Assembly: GCA_032718475.1 (NCBI GenBank)
Contig: JAUCBJ010006674.1
Span: 7,124-71,123, forward strand
DNA from: Nemertoderma westbladi
Taxonomy: Eukaryota > Animalia > Xenacoelomorpha
Reading direction: 5' to 3'
DNA length: 64,000 nt
Shown here in pieces: positions 26,276 through 39,642 of the stretch; within the stretch, counting starts at the first letter, position 1; each line of letters opens with the position of its first letter. The position numbers were made by a program, and so were the translations under genes. The notes beneath the pieces are model-generated. The model did no database searches. It worked only from the letters and a program-made list of their open reading frames with translations, and was not told the DNA's origin.

Positions 26276-28039
26276 AAAACTAGGGATGGAGTAGCAATTA
26301 CCACAATATTTATGGGTATACAATGTATAGCTTTCCTTCCAGAATTATAGTCATTACTTTCAATTTGTGCATGGTTTAAAGGCATGTTAAAGGCAATGGG
26401 CATACGTTTAATTAATTTTTTAAATACAACTAAACTTGATACTTTTTGGTTAAAATTTTTGTATATTTGGAAAATTAAAGGCCTTCCATTAACTAGTTAT
26501 TTAATCATAAATCTTAATATATATTTTGTTTAAATAAGATATGTTTATTTATAAAGTCATCTTTCTATATATCGTATATTATAAACAACTATAAGTTAAT
26601 ATTAAGGTACATTTAATTTACTTAATAATTACTCTGGATTAATTAGCTTCGAATCGTAACTAACAACATAATATATCCGGAGAAAAAAAAGTTAATCTAT
26701 TATAACTACTCTACTCATCCAACCAACTCTAGATATCTCTATGAAATCTTTATAGCAGCTAAACAGAAGTATGATTTGATGTACTGAGGTTGCACTGTGG
26801 TTATAGAAGATGTCTGCACAAACTTCCAGGTTGAATGAGGAAGTTCCTACCATTCGTACCTGAATCTTCTACAACACACGCCCGTACTACAGTGCTGCAG
26901 TACCGTAGCAACCAATGGCTCGGCCCCGCGTAAAGGCAAGAATTGATGAAGCTTTAATATACCTTGATATCTGGTGTCAGGGGAGGGAGGGCATACATTC
27001 CTAGTCGTCCTGCTTGGATAACTTCAATATGATATTTCGTTATCACCGCGGTATGATAATATTGTAAACAACTTTTCCAAACAACAGAATGGTTATACAC
27101 CACCCATATGACCTTTTGGATAACGATTTAAATCGTGGTAATAGCTAATCCGTTTAGTATTCGTTTAATGTGTCAGCAGCAACGCGGTTCATCCATGGTT
27201 ATATGCGACACACCTAGGCAGATCGTTCACAGATTATCACAGCATTCTACTTCATTTACGATCATAAAATTAATACCTCTCCGGGCATATACAATGCATA
27301 TTATAGCCATGAAAATTAACTATATACGTCATTGTTCATAAAAAGTAGCACTTTATAGCGTTACGGTACAAAGCGAGGGAAATAACAAAACGTAAAAGCT
27401 GTAATGTGCTAATGAACAATGCCGAATCTAATTTTATTTATTTGTGTGGAATTATTGTAAATTATTGAAATTTAAATAACTGCAGAATAGCATGACTTGT
27501 TTGTTAAAAACAACATAATTTATTTATCTCGCGCCAAAGCTGTGTAGAGTGAATAATAATACGCAACATTATAAAGAGAGCACAGCAATTACCTTACTTT
27601 TTGTATAAAGATTTTGATGTATATTCAAACGAAGTTATGTCATTATTTATGTATTATGACGCAGTGGCATAGTGGTAATACATCGTAAATATGGGGCGTG
27701 GAGCCATACTGAGGAATAATGTCGCACTGCGACATAAAGTGGGAAAATGTATGTCGCCCTGGCGATTTGGTAGTGCGAAATTAATTCCACACAAATAAAT
27801 AAAATATGCATATCACTTATCTATCTATATTTGAATGTAATTCCACTTTTCTATATATCTGCATGTATTTTCTGAATTTCTCATTACAATATATAATTAT
27901 AACAATTAATTTTTTTTTAACAAAAAGTACATCGCGATTAAGTGCACCACGTTACGACTTATTCGGTTATATCTAACCAAACAATTTTTGAGTTCTGGGT
28001 TCGTCTCTAAAAGTAAAACGAGATGTGCTAATACACAAA

Positions 28040-28230
28040 AAGTGTGGCAGTGTCCAAGTAGATACTGCGCCTAAACCGCTTTAACAATAGTGTTTGCAGC
28101 TCTGGTTCAAATCCGAATAAAAGCTGTTGAAATTTCGCATTGTTGTGTCGAGAAGCAAGACACTTTAGATATTAGTACTTACACAAACCCAGCGATACAA
28201 TGGGGACCTGGATTCTGTTGTGGTAGTAAA
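28040..28230 (+). mobile_element. Degenerate tRNA-derived SINE
   Basis: B-box-like ggttcaaatcc followed by gcaagacacttt and acccagc...aatggggacctgg, resembling conserved invertebrate SINE bodies. Confidence 0.45.
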
Positions 28231-28799
28231 GAAAGGGTTGGATAGTTAGAGACTGAACAACCTTGGCAGTTTGTGTGGCGCCCTTCCTTCGCCTACATTA
28301 TAGGTAACAGCCAAGAGAGAGGAGACTACGGGATGCCTCTGGTGTTTCTTGTCTCACACATTCACCGACCAATTTACTTTTCCCACAAAAATCACTGACA
28401 ATATGTCATACAGTATATGCTGGGACATTGCTTTTCCACCATAATCCTGTATAAAAAATCAAATATTTTGGGCAAGTTAGTAATGGACATGTTGAAATAT
28501 TTGGTGATTGAAAGGATGAGTTTCTTTTATCTTGTAATCAGAAGGACCACCGTGGGTGTGGGTGTGTATGCGTGCACTGCAGGTCTTAGAGCATTAACAC
28601 AGAAAGGGCCACATGGTGAGTGAAGGTGACCAATTGTAATTCTAATTGATAGGCTTGTTTTTTCAATTGTTGGTGTAGCATCGAATATGCAATCAACGCA
28701 TTTACATATAGAAGTACACCTCCGTGCAGGCACTACTCCTCCCGAAAGTTAGAGTAATATCCTATATCTTTCATTTTGCTGGGATATTGATTGACTTTG

Positions 28800-29720
28800 T
28801 AACCTTGGTCAGCTAAGACAAAGGTCAACTAAGGTCACAAGGAATCAGCTAAGAGGCATATCCCCCAGAAACCCAAACGAAAACAGTATGTGCCATGGCA
28901 AAACTCTGAGGTTACTTGTAAGAGAGAAGATCTTAAGATAGCCTACAAAGTTAAAACCGAACAACCAACAACCGAAAACATTAACAAGGTTGAGAAGGCT
29001 AAGGACGATCTTAAATTGGCCTACAACATCAGCCAGGAAAAGTACATACAGGATAAAACTGAAGCAATTACAACTGCTCACATACAGCAACAATCAAGAC
29101 TTACCTGGCAAACTGTAAATGAGGTATCTGGTCGGAAAAGTTGTGCAAAGGGGCGCCTCAAAGCCGATAGTCCTGAAGAACGTGTTGGGAAGTGGAAAAA
29201 TCACTTCAGCAACTTGCTTGGGCAGCCACCAAACATCGAGGTCAGCCCTACAAGGAAAATATATGACAAGACACTACCTATAGAAACAGAGGACTTCACA
29301 CCTGCCGAACTCCAAAGAAGCATTAAAAGCATGTCCAATAATAAACGAGTGGATTAGATGAAATCCCAGCGGAGGTATGGACAACCGGAGTGCTAAACAG
29401 ACCATTATTGAATGTTTGCAACCGGATGTTAAAAGGGGAAAAGCCACCACCAATTTGGACTAAAGGTCAACTAAAGCCTCTCCCCAAGAAAGGAGACCTC
29501 GGCATACCAACAAACTATCGTGGGATCTGTCTGCTTGTGGTAGCTGCCAAAATATACAATAAAATGATTCTATATAGGATTAGGCCTCACATAGAGAAAC
29601 TACTGCGTAAGAGCCAAAACGGATTTCGACCAAGTAGATCAACAATAGCTCAGATACTTGCACTACGGAGACTGATTGAAGGAATTAAGTCAAAGAATCT
29701 CCCCGCAGTCATGCACAGCT
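28800..29720 (+). mobile_element. RTE-clade LINE fragment (pre-RT and RT N-terminus), truncated next to LTR copy B
   Basis: WKNHFSNLL...GLDEIPAEVW...PLPKKGDL..PTNYRGICLL...QNGFRPSRSTIAQILALRRLIE; one frameshift near 29350. Confidence 0.92.
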
Positions 29721-29747
29721 TCTACTAAATAAAGTGGAGAGGGCTGC

Positions 29748-30977
29748 TGTTCGCGCTTTCAGACCTTTGGCAGTTTAACCCGCCAAATTAGAATGTCTTC
29801 TAGATAATAAATCTGCTTTTTAGTCTATGACAAGTATTTGATTCACTACACTAGTCGAAACCAATCCGTGCGCGACCATTCACCCGCTGGATATTCCCGG
29901 GAGATTGGGTTCGACGGTTTAATTTTTATTGCTATGTAAGCCTAATGTATTATTCGACTGACAGTATTATATAATCTCTGACAATATTATTCACCTTCGG
30001 TAATATTAACAGTTCCTTTAGGACGTGGCGCTTTATCTACATAAACAGAGTTATGACTTAAACTACTCGCAACGATATGGCTTAATTATAATCCACATAT
30101 ATGGCGCATTCTTTAGGAATTGCTTCTTTAACAGACTCACTCATACACTATGCTGCACAATACTGCACACTAATCTGCCAATCTTCACTGATTTTAGTCA
30201 CATATAAAAGGAACACAGGCTGACTCATGTAGGGTCTATCAAATAACATTAGATTCACTTCAAACCACTTTAACATAAGTCACAATCGTTATTGGTAACC
30301 TTTCTCTCTTACCTTCGGTATATCAAGAATATTGGGTTGCGGGGTTATTTATCGTTATTCCAAATATAATTATTCATCAACCATATTATGAAGAACTGAC
30401 AGCAAATAGCAGTATAAAACAACAAGTCAGTACCGGTATGTCAGTGCACATAGGCATGAGATATTCAAGTAGTCAGTTGTTTTGAATATATCAATCAGTT
30501 AAAGGATATATGCCCTTTATAATTAAACCTACCAGTGTACGACTAAAAAGCAGTACAGCACAAAATATTTCTAAGCCGTTCTTTCTTTGGCTCAAGACTG
30601 AATGTAAGCACTGCACATAGGCATTGCGTCATTTCTCGGAAATTCTCTGTACAAGGAGCCACAAAAACGCTCTCATTGGCTGACTGAACTGAGAGACGCC
30701 GTAGAACAAAGGAAATCAACACGTATGAATGTCAGCTGTTAACCGTAGTCATAGTAACTACTGTTCAAGAGTAGCTATCACCCTTTTGCGTCACGAATTG
30801 CCATAGAATCATAAAATATACCTTTCACAGTACACATACGGAGGAAATAGGTCTTAGATCCTCTAAAAACACAGATACAGCAATAATACGGTCTCTTACA
30901 CTTATTAAATCAACTACGGAGTATTTTAATGTAAAAGATAATAAAAATAACGGGGCAATTCAGCAAAGGCTTTTACA
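29748..30977 (-). repeat. LTR of copy B (TGTAAAAG...GCGCGAACA)
   Basis: Same termini as the copy A LTRs; the LTR 3' ~680 nt is very similar to copy D, while the 5' (U3) part differs. Confidence 0.9.
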
Positions 30978-31055
30978 CCGCTCCCAGAAAATGGGATTTT
31001 CAGTCTATAAAATATAAAAATCACAGTTTCTAAAACACAAAGATACTCTAAACAG

Positions 31056-32132
31056 TTAGTCTTTCTTGCGCAGACGGCGTTTACGCAGTTTTTTGAGGCT
31101 AGCAAGAGTCTTTTTCTCTTTGGGGGGAGCCACTTTACTAGGAGGGCCATAACTCCTGGGTGAAGGGTGCAATATGATTGCATCAGAAGGTGTAGGATTG
31201 TGGTCGAGGTATCTGCCGTTTCGATATGCTTCTCCTCGAGCTGATTTTCCTCCGATCGTAGCTGGATACGTTCATCCAAAAACTCTCGCAGAGAATAGGA
31301 TCGTCCAAGTTCGATAACTTCTTAGAGATTCTGGATTTCTCAATTGAATTGAGATAAGGACAATTCGTTTATCGATTGGACTCACTGGTATAACTTACGT
31401 TTATCTGAACAAACGCAGGTTTCCCTTTTGATCTTTATAAAATAGCGTTTAACTCGTTTCGTACAACGCTCTCCTTCACCGTGATGAGGGGTTGCATCGC
31501 GTTAAACGTGGACGACCATACGGTTGGATAGTGATATTAGGTGTCCGCGTCACAATCCGGCTAGGTAAGATGGGCGGCTAGCTAGAAATCACTGTAGGAG
31601 GGTTACCGATTAATTATTAGGGTAGCACTAGATCTTGAACAGTGAATACCGTCCGCGAGGATCCGCGACACCACCAGGATCGCAGGTCTGAGGTCCAACT
31701 AAGGAATGAGGAGGTTTGACCGAGTATTCCGGGACTCTGATCGTAGGTTTACTCCAGGATCGTTCGAGCCGAGTGAGCATAGGTGATACGTCAACAAGTT
31801 TCGGTTTACATGGATGTTTATGTCTTTCCGTTTATTAGTTGGGTCTAAGGCATTTATCGTCATAATACCAAAGACGCACGTCTGGTAGGGTAAACGCGGG
31901 TGATATTTATTTGTTGTTACAATGCTTCTATCAAGAATTCCAAATATACGTTGGAGTTACCGCGTCCATTTGTTTCTTAAGTGTCTTTTCTTTCGAGTCG
32001 ATTTCGAATAGAATTTTCGCATTTGAATTTCCGTTTATGGTTCCGACTCCGCTGGGCAGGATATATAGTCGACATAGTCCGTATTGTGTAAATCGATAGG
32101 ATGACAAGACCATCTTCTATCAACTCCGTCAC
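31056..32132 (-). pseudogene. Multiply deleted remnant of ORF2 (exonuclease ORF)
   Basis: Patches homologous to 58683-62936 (TELIEDG, ENSIRNRLER, DVRLWYY, IRVPEYSV, TYSLREFLDER, KKLRKRRLRKKD) with frameshifts; start codon is GTG. Confidence 0.88.
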
Positions 32133-33782
32133 ATCTGCTATATATGAGTTTATCCACATTATAATGAGTTTATATTTAGGCGAGCGGGCGTCGCTACCTA
32201 CCCCAATCAACCCCGGACAGTACGAGATCCTCAGCGCCGATGTGTCGTAGCCGCTGTACTTTCGCCAACGACGTAGCCGCACAACGACAACGACAACCGG
32301 CACAAGTCACTCAACTGTCCGTCCCAAAGTCTTAGATGTACTTCAGGTTTTCCTTGGAGAGTTAGGTTACTTTACGATTGCGACTGGCTACTGTAAACAC
32401 ACTTTAGTAGTAACATTCGCCTATAAACTCACAAGTACCACACACACAACTTGTCACAAATTACACACACTCGGGTCACTTGTCCGTTAGTCAATGCCTT
32501 CCAGAATGTCACTGTATTATTATGTATCCTTGGATACTAGTCAGTGCGCTATTTATTCCCTATGTTATTCAATGGGACAAGCTTTCTATTGTTCGTTTAA
32601 CTCAATTCTAATTCTAGCGTGGTTGTTGCTATGGTGACATTATACAAAGCTAGCGGTAGAATTAGAGTAATTCCAATGCATACAGATCTGGGATGTTATT
32701 TAATAGGAATTCTTTAATAGTCAATGTCCTGTTTATACATGACTTTAAGAATTTTATCGGCTATTAACTATGTTTGGGAGACTTTCACACTCTCATACGC
32801 ATGATAAGATAAATCTCCGCTCCCTTGATCTATTAATTAATGGAATTTTGGGAACTTTATAAATTGCGTAAAATGGCAATTTATTAAATTCATTAAAAGG
32901 CATGAATTTAAATTTATTCCCTGAAATTTTATTATTTGATAATTAAATGGACATATTTTGATTCTAGAACATGTCTAGGGACACAAGATCCTTAATTCTA
33001 AAAAATTGTCTCTTTAAGAATATCGGTAAATGCTACGATATCTTAATTGACTAGAATTGTTGAAGGATCGGGATTTTACAGATCTTGACTTATTAGATTT
33101 TGCAAATATTAATTAATTAATATTTGAGATGGGCACCGATTTATTCCAGAACTTGTCTGGGGACGTTAACCACTGATTCTAGAATTTGTCTTTCAAGTAT
33201 ATCGGTGGGTGCCGCGATATCTTAATCGACTAGAATTACAGATGGTCAAAGAGTTTAACAGATTTATTTTGCGTTATACGCTACTGTTAAAGGGACATCA
33301 CGCTACTATATGTATTATTTAATATACGGTATGAGAGCAATATCGCACGAAGCAATGTCAGTGTGAAGAGGCAAGTCGTTTCCAAGGTCTACCCAGAGCT
33401 TGGTTTAGCCGAGACACGAGGATCTGAACTTTGCATTCCTAATACTCTGCCTACCAATAATACTAAATATAGTAGTGGCTTTATTGTACTTTAATAAGTA
33501 CAGACATTTCATCTTACTGTTGTTACGTATTTATAGTATAATACGGACAGTAAGGAAAGAGAAAAATAATTATCTCTTCGCCGTCGCACTAAATATAATA
33601 TAAGTAATGACGTACGTAATAAACACGAATATATTGCACTATTCTACTAAATAATCGCAAAATAATATTCTACTAAATTAAATAAAACGATTATAATAAA
33701 ATTACATAGTAATACGTACATAAATATAAAAATAATAATAATAATATAAAATAATAGAGTCACACGCCCACTCCGAACGATA

Positions 33783-34055
33783 TTAAGTTGGGGAGTCCCT
33801 AGATGTCGGTTGGATTAGGGAAGTGGTCGTGGGAAGAGTTTCTTGCCTTCCATAGTTTCCGGAGAGCTCTCTGTCTCTTTCCAGTAAACATAAACGACCC
33901 ACTGGGCGATTGAGCTGTTGAGTCTCAAAGACTATCCCTGGTTTCTTAAAGTTCCGCCGCATGACGACGAGCTCTACGGATCGCACCAAACCATCGCTCG
34001 AGATATAAGTCTCGATGATACGTCCTGTTTGCCATCGCTTACGTGGGAGATGTAT
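33783..34055 (-). pseudogene. BEL/Pao integrase C-terminal (DUF5641-like) remnant
   Basis: LPRKRWQTGRIIETYISSDGLVRSVELVV...NRPVGRLCLLE matches W..GRI...DG.VR.V...RPV..L; ends at the stop equivalent to that of ORF 43136-47212. Confidence 0.88.
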
Positions 34056-34080
34056 CAGTTATCCCACAAAAGCTTTTACA

Positions 34081-34550
34081 AATTTGTTGATCAATTTATT
34101 GTGCACAACCGAATCGAATGCTTTAGCTAAGTCAATGTACACCACATCAACTTTATGGCGAAAGTCTAATATCTTAAACCATTCGTTTGAACAGGTTAAA
34201 AGCTGGGTGCATGTGGATCGACGTTTCATGAATCCGTGTTGTGCCTTCGTTATAATTTTATTCGTTCGTAAGTAATCAGGTAGTTCGGATTTAACACAGA
34301 GTTCGCTTGCTCGCTACACAGGTAAGTGAAACTGGGCAGTAATTGTATGGGTCAGTGGGGTTGCCCTTCTTAAATATCGGCACAATATTTGCAGTTAACC
34401 ACACAGTAGGTAAAGCATGAGTGACAAACGAGACATTAAATATAACAGACAACGGACTACATAAACAACGAGCTAACTTAGAATACATGAAGCTAGGTAA
34501 ACCATCTGGAGTATTACTCACTTTCGCATCAATTTTACGAAGTATAGTAT
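34081..34550 (-). mobile_element. CR1-clade LINE RT fragment
   Basis: PDGLP...WLTANIVPIFKKG...NYCPVSLTCVASK...QHGFMKRRSTCTQLL...VDVVYIDLAKAFDSVVH; cut by copy B. Confidence 0.9.
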
Positions 34551-34916
34551 AGGCTCATTCCATGAAAAGGTCAACCCCCCCCCCCCACTAATTTCGAAAA
34601 ATGAGATGTAGCTTTGAATTTATACTTCTTTTAGGTCAAAATTTATCGTACTTCCTGAATTCAGTGCTAAAAATTGTATCAACACAGGTGGTTTCTCAAA
34701 AATAGTCGAATTACAAATTATGTACCTGCTCTGCACAAAATGTGAATAAAAGTGTGCAAAAGTTTCGTTCCATGTTGGCACTTCCTATGACCAATAAATT
34801 AACATTTCTGAGCATGTACCAAATCAAAAACAAACCCTATTTCGAATTTTTTTGGTTTGATTTAATTTCACCAGTGTTTAATTCCTCTGTAATGAAATCG
34901 ATAAAGTTAATCATGT

Positions 34917-35385
34917 GATGTCCCATACTTTACCTAAAATAGTGACATTTTTAGTTTATTCACAGAGATGTAACTCAGCCTAATCACCCAGTGGAATGCA
35001 AAGCACGTTTGTGTTGCGTCATCGTATAAAACAATTAGTTTCATCTTCACTCCCTCAGAAATATCATGGCGGCCAATTGAAAATTGTCCCATACTTTACC
35101 ATTAAAATGGCGATTATATTAGTGCACTGTATTAATGTAATATGTGAAGCCAGGAGTGTTATAATACTCTAAGCTCATAGTCGGTCGTAAGAATAGGAGT
35201 CTATATTTGAACTGAGAATCATTCCTCAGTCAAGAAATCCTTGGGTTTATGCATGTAAAGTCCCATACTTTACCAAAAAATAGTGAAATTTTTAATTTAT
35301 ACACGGAGAAGTAGTCTAACACAGCCCAATCACCCAGTGGAATGCAAAGCTCGTTTGTGTTGCGTCATCTTAAGAAACAATTACC
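34917..35385. repeat. Dispersed direct repeats (~125 bp x2, core gtcccatactttacc x3), probably DNA-transposon subterminal repeats
   Basis: 34920-35040 resembles 35260-35382; core 15-mer also at 35086. Confidence 0.65.
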
Positions 35386-35599
35386 TGTAGTTGAGATTTA
35401 TTTATTTTTATTTATACCGAGTGGTCGTACACATTAATTATAACAATAATTGCATTATTTTTAATTCGCAGGGTAAGCATTTAATAATTTCTATTAAAGG
35501 GATTTAGTTTTGAATGTTGATAATGAATAGTGCACTGATAGTAGTTGGCAGTAGCCGAAGCTAGTTTTGTCAACTGCTATCAACGACCAGTTCGGGGGG

Positions 35600-37260
35600 G
35601 GGGGGGGGGGGGGGGGGGGGTGGTACTAGCCTATCCAACCAGCAACAGCTCAGGCGATTTCCTTTTTCTTTTTCCCACAAAGTACTGTATATTTATTTTA
35701 CTTTTTATTCAATTAATTTAATTTGTATTTTTAGGATATGAAACTGGATAAAATCGCAATATTTTGTATTTTTTTGTAATTTTATTTTCTTGTATTTTAT
35801 CTTACTGTAGCTCATTTATTAGTTTATTTTTTAATTTTCTTCCTAATGATTTTTTCGATTTACTTTGTTTAATATCTACATCTAGCGTGTTCCAGACAAT
35901 GACACCGTTATATTTTAATGATTTCTGTCCTTGTAGTAGTCGGGTCCGTGGTACATAGTAGTTTTTTCTTGTTGTTGATCGTGTGTTGTAAGTATGTACA
36001 GTAGATGTTTGTTGAAACAACGAAGTGATAAAATTTTGTTTTTTGTTATTGTGGATTTCCCACATTAGTTTAGCTGTTTCAAGAAAATGCAGTTGTTCAA
36101 TCGGTAGTATATCTAATTGTTTGTAGAGTGGTGATGCGTGTTCCCTGTAGTGAGTGAAGGTAATAGCTCTGACTAGTTTATTTATTTTAATTTTAATAGG
36201 TTTCGTATGTGTAGATTGAGCGTTACCCCAGATCACTATATACCGTAATTAATGTAAGGTTGTATCAGTGAACAGTAAAGTAATTTTAATATACGTAGTG
36301 GTAGAGTGTGTCGGAGTTTAAAAAATATACCAGCTGATTTTGAGATTTTCTTCAAAACATAAGCACAATGATTTTTCCAAGATAACTTTCTGTCTATCCA
36401 AATTCCTAAAAATTTTGTTTCATTTACATTTTTTATTGGTTGATTACGTATTTTTATATTATTGTGTTTTGTTTCTTTTTTATTTGTAAAAAATAGATAC
36501 TCTGTTTTTTTAAGATTTAATGATAGTTGGTTGTCGGTTAGCCATAGATCAATTTTATGAAGTTCGGTATTTACAGTTTCAGTTAGTATTTCAAGGTCTT
36601 TGTGATTGTAAAGTAGGTTTGTATCGTCGGCAAATAAAGTTGAGTGAAGTGATGTACAGTTCGGTAAGTCGTTTATGTAAATTAAGAATAGTGTAGCGCT
36701 GAGTATAGCCCCCTGGGCTTTCGAAGGCTCGAAGGCTTTCTTAAGATCTATTGATATCAAACAGGCAGATTCTTGTAATTCTAGGATATTTTGTAATTTT
36801 TCGGTTACAGTCAGTATGGCATCTGTTGTTGTAGATTGTTTTCGAAATCCGTATTGGTATTGTGAGAGTATGGAGTACTTGTCTAGATAAGAGATGAGTT
36901 GGGAGTTGATTACGCGTTCAAAGAGTTTACTGAATACAGGTAATATTGATATGGGTCTGTAATTGTTTTTGTCAGTAGGGACGCCGGATTTAAAAACTGG
37001 GGTAATTTTAGCAGATTTAAGAGTGGATGGGAATGAACCGGTTTTAATAGAGAGATTTATCAGATATGTCAAGTGTGGTGCAATATCGTACGCTGCTAAT
37101 TTAACTAGAGTGATGGGGAAGCTGTCGTTAGTTGAACTTGAGTTATTGAGATCTAGTATGTTGTAAATAGTTTCAGTGTTAGAGGTTTCAATAAGTGAGA
37201 AGGAGTTTGGTTTTTTGTGGTTTATATAACGTATTGGGTTTCTGTTTGTTGTACATGCAC
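35600..37260 (-). mobile_element. 5'-truncated CR1/L2-group LINE with internal RT deletion
   Basis: NYRPISILPVFSKLFE, QYGFRKQSTT, DLKKAF joined almost directly to QGAILS..LFLIYINDL, LFADDTNL, KFLGIWID and a CR1/L2-type C-terminus (HTYNTR...WNTL); one frameshift at ~36236. Confidence 0.93.
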
Positions 37261-38239
37261 CACATAAGTCTGTAAGTGCTAACGCGGGATTTCCTTGGTA
37301 AAGTGACACCATACCAGTGATTTCTGAAAGTACCAATGTGCTAACTCAGTAACAGACTTTAACAACATTTAGCAACACCAATTCTTCACCACCCGCAAGA
37401 GGGCTTAAGTGTTCTAAAGTGCTAACTTACTAAAAACACCAATAACAATAGTAATATTAGCAAAGTTAGGAGTTTGAAGTGATGGTATCTGTAAATCTTG
37501 GAAGATAATGATTAGGTGTTTTTGTGTTGAATATTTCAAGACACCACACATCATAAAATGCTAACTCATTATTCGTTCTTTGGGATGTGAAAGGATATTG
37601 AATATATTATAATATTTAATATTTAATCATTTGTTTCAAAAATATCAATATTTATTTAGTTTCAACAACGTCAATAGAATCAAAATATTTATATTAAAAT
37701 TTATGTAACATTACAGAACATAGTTTTTCTAATGTTTCTTATAGTGTTATTGATTGTTTGAAAATCAAGATGTTCAGAATAAATGTAAATTACATTATTT
37801 GAACGTTACAAATTGGTTGGTAACATTATTTCAACGTTTCAAAATAATTATAAACTGAATTGGGGGGTGGGGGGGGGGGGGGGGGGGTGTACACACCAAA
37901 TTTTATACTACCAAGTTTTTGCTAATTTCATTTGTGAAAATGTTCTCAAACATATAAAATATGTTCAATTAAAATATTTTATAACGTTCTATATTTTTCA
38001 TTTTCAAAATAAAATAGAGAATCCTAAAAAAATGTTCTCCTTTTTAAACAATAGAACATACATTTCTGCATTTCCAATCGCTGAGTTTCTCAGGCTACCA
38101 AAGGGGGTCAGAACCTTAATGCGCATATAAGACAATGAATGCTTGTATTTATGGATGTATGTTACCACTATATGATTTCTGCTGATTGCAATTATTTATT
38201 TCTGAAACACATTGTCATCTATATTGTGATCTATGGTTG

Positions 38240-39642
38240 ATTAAAAAGCAATAAACACTATAAACGTAATAAATAGAATGCTGTGCCGGCTTGACGACAA
38301 AATTGAGCCACCACAACTCCCTACTGTATCACCCATGACATTTGCTAGATCATCCGAATCTTCAAGGCCAGTGTCCTTTAAGATGCGTCTCAAGAAAGTC
38401 ATGGGCTGTCCACCATGCTTATTCACTCCATGAGGCTACCAAAGAACAAGATTATGCACTGACTGATCCACACGGCGAAAGCAATGTCCTGCATAGCGGA
38501 GGCGGGTTTGTTCTAGTGTCAAGCCTGGGGGAACCAATGAGACACCTCCAATGTTATATAGTGTCTGGTTGGAGATGTGTGGATTGTACTTGACACAGTG
38601 AACCCGGCGTAGCATTCTTGTGAATGTGCCATCCAGAGATTTGGTATCCTCTGCAGTTAGAGCCCAGCATGGACTCCCATAGAGGAGTACTGGAACTACT
38701 GCTGCTCTAAATAATCGTACCTTAAGATTCCGATTAATTCTATGTGACTTCCAAATCCTGGAAAGCCTATTCAAGGCTGCCCATGCCTTTCCCTTGCGTA
38801 TTCAAAGGTCTCGCCTGACCTCCGGATCCATGAACCCTGGTGACAGAAGTCGTCCACATGCTCAAGCATACCATCCTTTGAGCTTATGCTCATCCGATCA
38901 GAGACTTGCTGATGACTTTCATAGTTAACTGTCAAAATTTTGGTCATTTTTGGAGTTAATAAAAAGACCAACACCAGAAGCAGCATGTTCTAATGAGCTG
39001 AGGAGCCGTTGGGCTCCCTCTAGTGATTCTGAGAGTACTCCTAAGTCATCAGCAAAGTCTAGATCAGTTAGGTACTTGGCAGGATTTCCTCGACTTCTGG
39101 AGCCAGTAGGTGGAGTTATCATCACCCCCATCATCATTATGATGATCTAGTGACATGCTTATAGTCAACCATAATTATGAACAAGAATGGCGCAAGTGTG
39201 TCTCCCTGGAGGACGCCCCATAACACTTAAAGTGGTTCTGTGTCACCGTCAGCAGTAGACACAAATGTTGTCGAACCATCGTATACTGATCTGATTGCTG
39301 CAATAATTGCCTTGAATAAGTCAACAAAGATAACAGCCAGATGCCTGTCTTTCTTTTTTGATCAATCTCTTCAATTATCCTTCTAAGTACCAAAATGGGC
39401 TCCATGGTCTCACGACCTTTAAGGAACCCATTCTGATTTCCAAGGAGCAGTCTCTCAATGGGATCCAGAGGGATCAATGGGATCTAGATAAGCTTTAAAC
39501 ACTCAGGTATTTTATAGACCTCAGGGGGACACCATCTACTCCACTACTGGCACGATTGGTTTTAATGCCCTTTGCAGCAGCCTTCACTTCTGCAAAGGAG
39601 ATATAGCCAATGGGAATATCTGGGAGTACAGACTCAGAACAC
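38240..39642 (-). mobile_element. RTE-clade LINE (RT to 3' end), abutting LTR copy A
   Basis: GVDGVPPEV, NQNGFLKGRET, LTDLDFADDL, LKVRLFRAAVVPVLLYGS, RLRYAGHCFRR across several frameshifts. Confidence 0.92.

Larger units (their letters stand above)
29748..34080 (-). mobile_element. BEL/Pao family copy B: heavily deleted and chimeric
   Basis: 3' LTR 29748-30977, PPT, ORF2 remnant, full spacer, integrase C-terminus, then only 27 nt of an LTR start (34054-34080). No TSD (ggctgc vs aatttg). Confidence 0.9.
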
